Shown piece by piece: positions 59,659-64,000 of a DNA stretch of 64,000 nt. Source of the DNA: an uncultured cyanobacterium (GTDB taxonomy: Bacteria > Cyanobacteriota > Cyanobacteriia > Phormidesmidales > Phormidesmidaceae); assembly GCA_963793265.1 (NCBI GenBank), contig CAWBZI010000001.1:288001-352000 (forward strand), given 5' to 3'. The first letter of the stretch is position 1, and every line of letters starts with the position of its first letter. Below the pieces are notes generated by a model. It saw nothing but the letters and a program-made list of their open reading frames with translations, did no database searches and was not told where the DNA came from. Position numbers and translations under genes: made by a program.

Positions 59659-60111
59659 ATGATTATCTTTTCAGTGCTTATTGCTGTCGCTTCTCAACCT
59701 GTCGTTCTAGACATGGCTTCGGTGACGCCTGCCGCTTTTTCACAAAGTAAGGGCAACGTTCAAGCTGCTGTGAATGGCAACCAGCAAGTGCTAAACGCTT
59801 ATCGAAATAGACAGTCAGATGTGATTGTCGAGAACGTTTCAGGTGTGGTGGAAGCCATATTGCCGGATGATTTAGAGGGTTCGCGGCATCAGCGGTTTAT
59901 TATTCGGCTGGCGGGCGGGCAGACGGTGCTGATCGTGCACAATATTGATTTGGCAGCGAGGATTGATAGCTTGAGAGAGGGCGATCGCGTCTCGGTAAAA
60001 GGCGAATACGAATGGAACGATCGCGGCGGACTTATTCACTGGACACATCACGATCCACGCAACATTCACGAAGGTGGCTGGATTGATCACAACAACTTGC
60101 GCTACGAATAG
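59659..60111 (+). CDS. DUF3465-like exported protein, paralog 1
   Basis: LPDD.EGSRHQRF, HNIDLA and GEYEW...GG.IHWTH motifs. Confidence 0.85.
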   Translation: MIIFSVLIAVASQPVVLDMASVTPAAFSQSKGNVQAAVNGNQQVLNAYRNRQSDVIVENVSGVVEAILPDDLEGSRHQRFIIRLAGGQTVLIVHNIDLAARIDSLREGDRVSVKGEYEWNDRGGLIHWTHHDPRNIHEGGWIDHNNLRYE

Positions 60112-60145
60112 CTCGAACGCTAGAACAACAATGAGATAAATAAGC

Positions 60146-60177
60146 AGGGGGCAGACTTTTTAGTCTGCTCTTTTTTT
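60146..60177 (+). terminator. Rho-independent terminator
   Basis: GGGCAGACT-TTTT-AGTCTGCTC followed by T7. Confidence 0.8.
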
Positions 60178-60291
60178 ATGACCTACGCTTCATGCCAAGC
60201 TACCAGTTTATAGGAGCGCTTTAGGACGACTAGCACGGAAGCTGTAAACTGATTTCTATAGCGAGTACAGTGCGGCCCAAAAGGCCAGCGG

Positions 60292-60723
60292 ATGAAATAT
60301 ATGCGTAGACGAGTATTTTTAGGAGGGATTGCGCCGGTATTGGCAGCGCCGTCTTACCTGTATCGGAATAGTCAGGCTGAAGTGATGGCGAGTAAAACGT
60401 TGCAAGATGCGTTCAAAAACCAGCAGTCGGATGTGATGGTCGAAGAGCTGACAGGCACAGTGAGCGCTGTGCTGCCGGATGACATTGAGGGCTCGCGCCA
60501 TCAGCGGTTTGTGATTCGGATTTCGCGCGATCAAACGGTGCTGGTGGTGCACAACATTGATATGGCTCCCAGGATTAACGGGCTGATTAAGGGCGATCGC
60601 GTCTCGGTAAAAGGCGAGTACGAATGGAACGACCGAGGCGGGCTCATTCACTGGACGCACAAAGATCCGAGCAGTAGCCACGAAGACGGCTGGATTGAGT
60701 ACAACCGCGTTCGCTATGAGTAA
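60292..60723 (+). CDS. DUF3465-like exported protein, paralog 2 (Tat-like signal)
   Basis: Same motifs as paralog 1. N-terminus MRRRVFLGG. Confidence 0.85.
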   Translation: MKYMRRRVFLGGIAPVLAAPSYLYRNSQAEVMASKTLQDAFKNQQSDVMVEELTGTVSAVLPDDIEGSRHQRFVIRISRDQTVLVVHNIDMAPRINGLIKGDRVSVKGEYEWNDRGGLIHWTHKDPSSSHEDGWIEYNRVRYE

Positions 60724-60756
60724 ATCAGCTATTGAAACCAACGGAGCTTGTGCATT

Positions 60757-61767
60757 GTGGACGCTAGCTTAATTCTTTCTAACATTCTCAACCCGCCGGT
60801 TCTCTTCTTTTTCATGGGCCTAGCCGCCGTCTTTACAAAATCAGATCTTGAAATTCCACAGCCGATTCCTAAGCTATTTTCGCTGTACCTACTGCTGGCG
60901 ATTGGCTTTAAAGGAGGGCACGAGCTGCACGAGAGCGGCCTGACAGCGGAGGTAGCAAGTGCGCTGGTCGCAGCAGCGCTGGTGGCGGCGATTGTGCCGG
61001 TTTATTCTTTTTTCATTTTGCGGCTGAAGCTGGATCTTTACAATGCAGCGGCGATCGCGGCCACATACGGTTCTATCAGCGCAGTCACTTTCGTCACCGC
61101 TAGCTCTTTTCTAGAGCGAGTAGGGGTGGGCTATGGCGGGCACATGGTCGCCGCACTGGCGCTGATGGAGTCTCCGGCGATTATCGTGGGCCTATTGCTA
61201 ATACGTGTTTTTGTGGGTCGCGATCAGGAAAGCAAAGCCGCAGAAGAGGGCACAGAGAAAGAACACTTTAACTGGTCGGAAGTGCTGCGTGAGTCTTTTC
61301 TAAACGGGTCTGTGTTTTTGCTAGTCGGTAGCCTGCTGGTGGGCCTAGTAACAAGTCAGCAGGGATGGGACAGCCTGAAGCCGTTTACGAGCGATATGTT
61401 TTATGGCGTGCTGACGTTCTTTTTGTTGGATATGGGCCTGGTGGCCGCTCGCCGTATGAAAGACCTGCGCGAAGGGGGCAGCTTTTTAATTGGGTTCTCG
61501 GTTTTGATGCCAGTGCTGAATGCAGCGTTGGGGATCGGCATCGCTCGGCTCTTGAGTATGAGTGTAGGAGACGCGCTGCTATTTGCGGTGCTGTGTGCAA
61601 GTGCTTCTTATATTGCAGTCCCGGCGGCGATGCGGATGACGGTGCCGGAGGCCAATCCTAGCCTGTATATTTCAATGGCGCTGGCCCTGACCTTTCCCTT
61701 CAATATCATCATCGGCATTCCGATTTACTTTCAGGTGATCCAGTGGGTTTGGCCCGCTGTTGCATAG
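60757..61767 (+). CDS. sbtA: SbtA-family sodium-dependent bicarbonate transporter-like permease
   Basis: SDLEIP, LLLAIGFKGG, YGSISAVTF, ESPAII and SASYIAVPAA motifs. GTG start after GGAG. Confidence 0.85.
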   Translation: MDASLILSNILNPPVLFFFMGLAAVFTKSDLEIPQPIPKLFSLYLLLAIGFKGGHELHESGLTAEVASALVAAALVAAIVPVYSFFILRLKLDLYNAAAIAATYGSISAVTFVTASSFLERVGVGYGGHMVAALALMESPAIIVGLLLIRVFVGRDQESKAAEEGTEKEHFNWSEVLRESFLNGSVFLLVGSLLVGLVTSQQGWDSLKPFTSDMFYGVLTFFLLDMGLVAARRMKDLREGGSFLIGFSVLMPVLNAALGIGIARLLSMSVGDALLFAVLCASASYIAVPAAMRMTVPEANPSLYISMALALTFPFNIIIGIPIYFQVIQWVWPAVA

Positions 61768-61801
61768 GCTAGCGTTTACTTTCGTTAGAGGCTTTTTTAT
61801 T

Positions 61802-62098
61802 ATGCAGTCTGTTAAGCGTATCGAAATCGTCGTGCCCTCTCAGGAACTACGTCGCGTTTTAGACCGGCTAGATCAGCTAGAGGTCGCAGGCTACTCAGTG
61901 ATTCGAGACGTGGTGGGCAAAGGCCACGGGGGCAGAGTTTCAGATGACTTTGACTTTGCTTCAACGACGCTGAGTAATGTGTATATCCTCTCGTTTTGTG
62001 CGGTAGATAAAGTGGAGGCGGTGGTAGATGGGCTGCGATCGCTACTCAATAAATATGGCGGCATCTGCTATGTATCAGACGCGGTTAAAGCCGTTTAG
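61802..62098 (+). CDS. sbtB: SbtB / PII-like regulator
   Basis: KRIEIV, GYSVIRDV.GKG..G and YGGICYVSD motifs. Directly after sbtA. Confidence 0.85.
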   Translation: MQSVKRIEIVVPSQELRRVLDRLDQLEVAGYSVIRDVVGKGHGGRVSDDFDFASTTLSNVYILSFCAVDKVEAVVDGLRSLLNKYGGICYVSDAVKAV

Positions 62099-62250
62099 CC
62101 GTCACTTTGGCAATGTTCCCAAGAATGATACAGTCCTGCGTTTAAACATATCGTCGTATAGCGGGTTTCAATATCTATAGAAGAATAGAGCCATATCAGG
62201 AGCAATCTCGGTATAACTCAAAAGACACCTGTCGTCTTTGATACCCTGTT

Positions 62251-62604
62251 ATGAAGTTACTACACGCCTCGAAGGCATTGAGTACTACTCGATCTCAAGC
62301 ATTGATAAGCTGCATGGCGATGGCAGTGATTGTTTCAGTCCCCGTTTCTACTAAAGCCCAGCCGCTACCGCTTCCAGGGCTCACTGGCAGCGAGTCTTTT
62401 TTGACCCAAGACGTTATCAACGCTGTCACTCAAGGATTTCACTTTGATGATGAGCGTTTCTTCGACGAAGGTCGTCAGCAGTTCGAGCACGATATTGAAG
62501 CGCTACGAGACGATTCGTCGATTGAACCGATACTGACCGTCGAGCCCATTCCTGACTCATGGCAGCAATCTTCTTTTGCCCCCCGCACAGAGCCCTTAGA
62601 ATAG
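62251..62604 (+). CDS. Hypothetical exported protein
   Basis: Signal-like N-terminus (..TKAQP) and FFDEGRQQFE..I..L motif. Confidence 0.6.
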   Translation: MKLLHASKALSTTRSQALISCMAMAVIVSVPVSTKAQPLPLPGLTGSESFLTQDVINAVTQGFHFDDERFFDEGRQQFEHDIEALRDDSSIEPILTVEPIPDSWQQSSFAPRTEPLE

Positions 62605-62773
62605 CTGAGAAACGACCGAAAAAAGGCTGAAACTTGAGGGTTCACAGGCACCGTATCATCAGCTACAGGCCCGAGCTGCGCCGATCTGGTACAAAATAGC
62701 GATACGTCATCTTTTAGGAAGGCACCGCTGCTGGTGTGTGCCTGTATGATGATCGCAGCGACCAGGACGGCCT

Positions 62774-63811
62774 ATGTATATTCAGCAATATCAGCAGCGC
62801 GAGCTAACCCGTCAAAGATCTGACTTGGGATCTGATTTGGCACGTAAAGGCGCGAGATCTTTTGCCGCTAAGCCTTTGATTCGTATTTTGGGTAAGCACG
62901 AAGCGCCTGGTGACATGCTGCAACGGCCCAAGGCGATCGCCTTCAAAGGCGAAACCGACGTATATATTGCCAGAGCCGAAATCGAACTGAGAAAAGCCAT
63001 GCAGTCGATGGCCTTTAATAGCGCCATGGGTCATAGCTCTTTGCCAACCCTAACAGCGCTGTCTCTGCCGGGCACCGCCACTACTTTGCTGTGGGTTATT
63101 CACGCGTTTCTAGAAGGCCGCTACCAAAACTCAAACGACGCCCGGCTGATCCATCACCGCAACCGTGATGCCCAAATGCTCTACCGGCAGCTCCTCAAGC
63201 TAAACCTCACGCCCTGGGCCAATCAGCTTGTCGATCAGATGCGATTTGATGAAGTGCCTGATAGCGTCTATATGCCACCAGGGCACCCCATCCCCGGACA
63301 AACCTATCGCTGCCATCCTTTTAAGGGCAGACGAAACTTTTACTACCCGGTCAATCGCTACTTTGCCATGCTGTTTGAAGAGCGAGAGCAGGCTTTAACA
63401 GCGCTATTGAGCGATTTAGGTGCTACTAAAATTGCAATTTCAGCGCCGCCCGAAGAGTCTATTTGTGAGGGGGGCGCTTCAGTATTAGCCAGGCTGCACG
63501 AGCGAGTGTTTGAGTATCCCCATACCGATCGCCCTGTGCCTGAATCTGTTGATGTTCGACGTCACCCGTGGTTAGCTTCAGAGCAAGAATGGCAGTCTGT
63601 TGTAAAAGAGAGAATTCATCGGCACGTGTCGTCAGCACAGTTTGAGATTGATTTGGGAATTGCCGGTATGATTCGGCAGCAAATTCAAACGATTGCTCAG
63701 CTCATTCCTAATTTAAACTCTATGGAATTACCCGCTCAAGAGCAGTCTAAGCTCATGGTTGAGGTGCTTCAGCCGCGCCGGGTGCGGGTAGAGTTTTGTG
63801 AGATTGCGTGA
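62774..63811 (+). CDS. Hypothetical protein
   Basis: 345-aa ORF with PPGHP.PG..Y..HP, YYP and LGATKI motifs. Confidence 0.75.
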   Translation: MYIQQYQQRELTRQRSDLGSDLARKGARSFAAKPLIRILGKHEAPGDMLQRPKAIAFKGETDVYIARAEIELRKAMQSMAFNSAMGHSSLPTLTALSLPGTATTLLWVIHAFLEGRYQNSNDARLIHHRNRDAQMLYRQLLKLNLTPWANQLVDQMRFDEVPDSVYMPPGHPIPGQTYRCHPFKGRRNFYYPVNRYFAMLFEEREQALTALLSDLGATKIAISAPPEESICEGGASVLARLHERVFEYPHTDRPVPESVDVRRHPWLASEQEWQSVVKERIHRHVSSAQFEIDLGIAGMIRQQIQTIAQLIPNLNSMELPAQEQSKLMVEVLQPRRVRVEFCEIA

Positions 63812-64000
63812 AAATGACTAGCGTTTTCGTCTGTATGAAGCAGCTCTGCGTCGTATTTTATACATTGACATAAAGCTGAATTGAAGTTTATATGGTTTAG
63901 GTCAAGTACAGTCTAAGTCTAGATAAAGACTAAGCAACGAAGGGTGTTTTTACCGATCCGATATACCTTCAGTTGAGAATTCTTCATGGCAGATGTTTTA

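Noticed and set aside
63986..64000. ATG GCA GAT GTT TTA, possible start of the next gene
   Set aside because: Only five codons are visible, so it cannot be supported.

Overview
Chromosomal window from a cyanobacterium. The evidence is abundant HIP1 GCGATCGC sites plus psb28, chlH, sbtAB-like genes and a dnaK with a K-box; the style is filamentous Leptolyngbya/Phormidesmis-like, which is inference only. In order it holds: (1) a minus-strand signalling cluster at about 1-10.3 kb, resembling a SiaABC/Slr1658-Slr1659 partner switch with a cytoplasmic AmiC/UrtA-PP2C sensor and a sensor-less histidine kinase plus NarL-type regulator as apparent output, next to rimB-rimK; (2) housekeeping genes and an RTX-type alkaline phosphatase/5'-nucleotidase with divergent Pho boxes; (3) a Wzy-dependent EPS cluster (23-36 kb) followed by a GluR0-like K+ channel; (4) moaB/mogA, psb28, an SLH protein, a catalytically degenerate type IIG-like DNA methyltransferase, a PEP-CTERM protein and dnaK; (5) a small defence-island-like block (vapBC, an unknown membrane/coiled-coil protein, a TerB-dynamin fusion, a PD-(D/E)XK nuclease); (6) a csp41-like epimerase, chlH with a 1-nt frameshift (probably an assembly error), a PIN toxin-antitoxin-like pair, two DUF3465-like paralogs and sbtA/sbtB-like genes. 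The best candidates for an undescribed system are the TerB-dynamin two-gene module and the Sia-like switch wired to a two-component output. No rRNA, tRNA, CRISPR array or transposase was seen. All family assignments come from motif recognition, not database searches.
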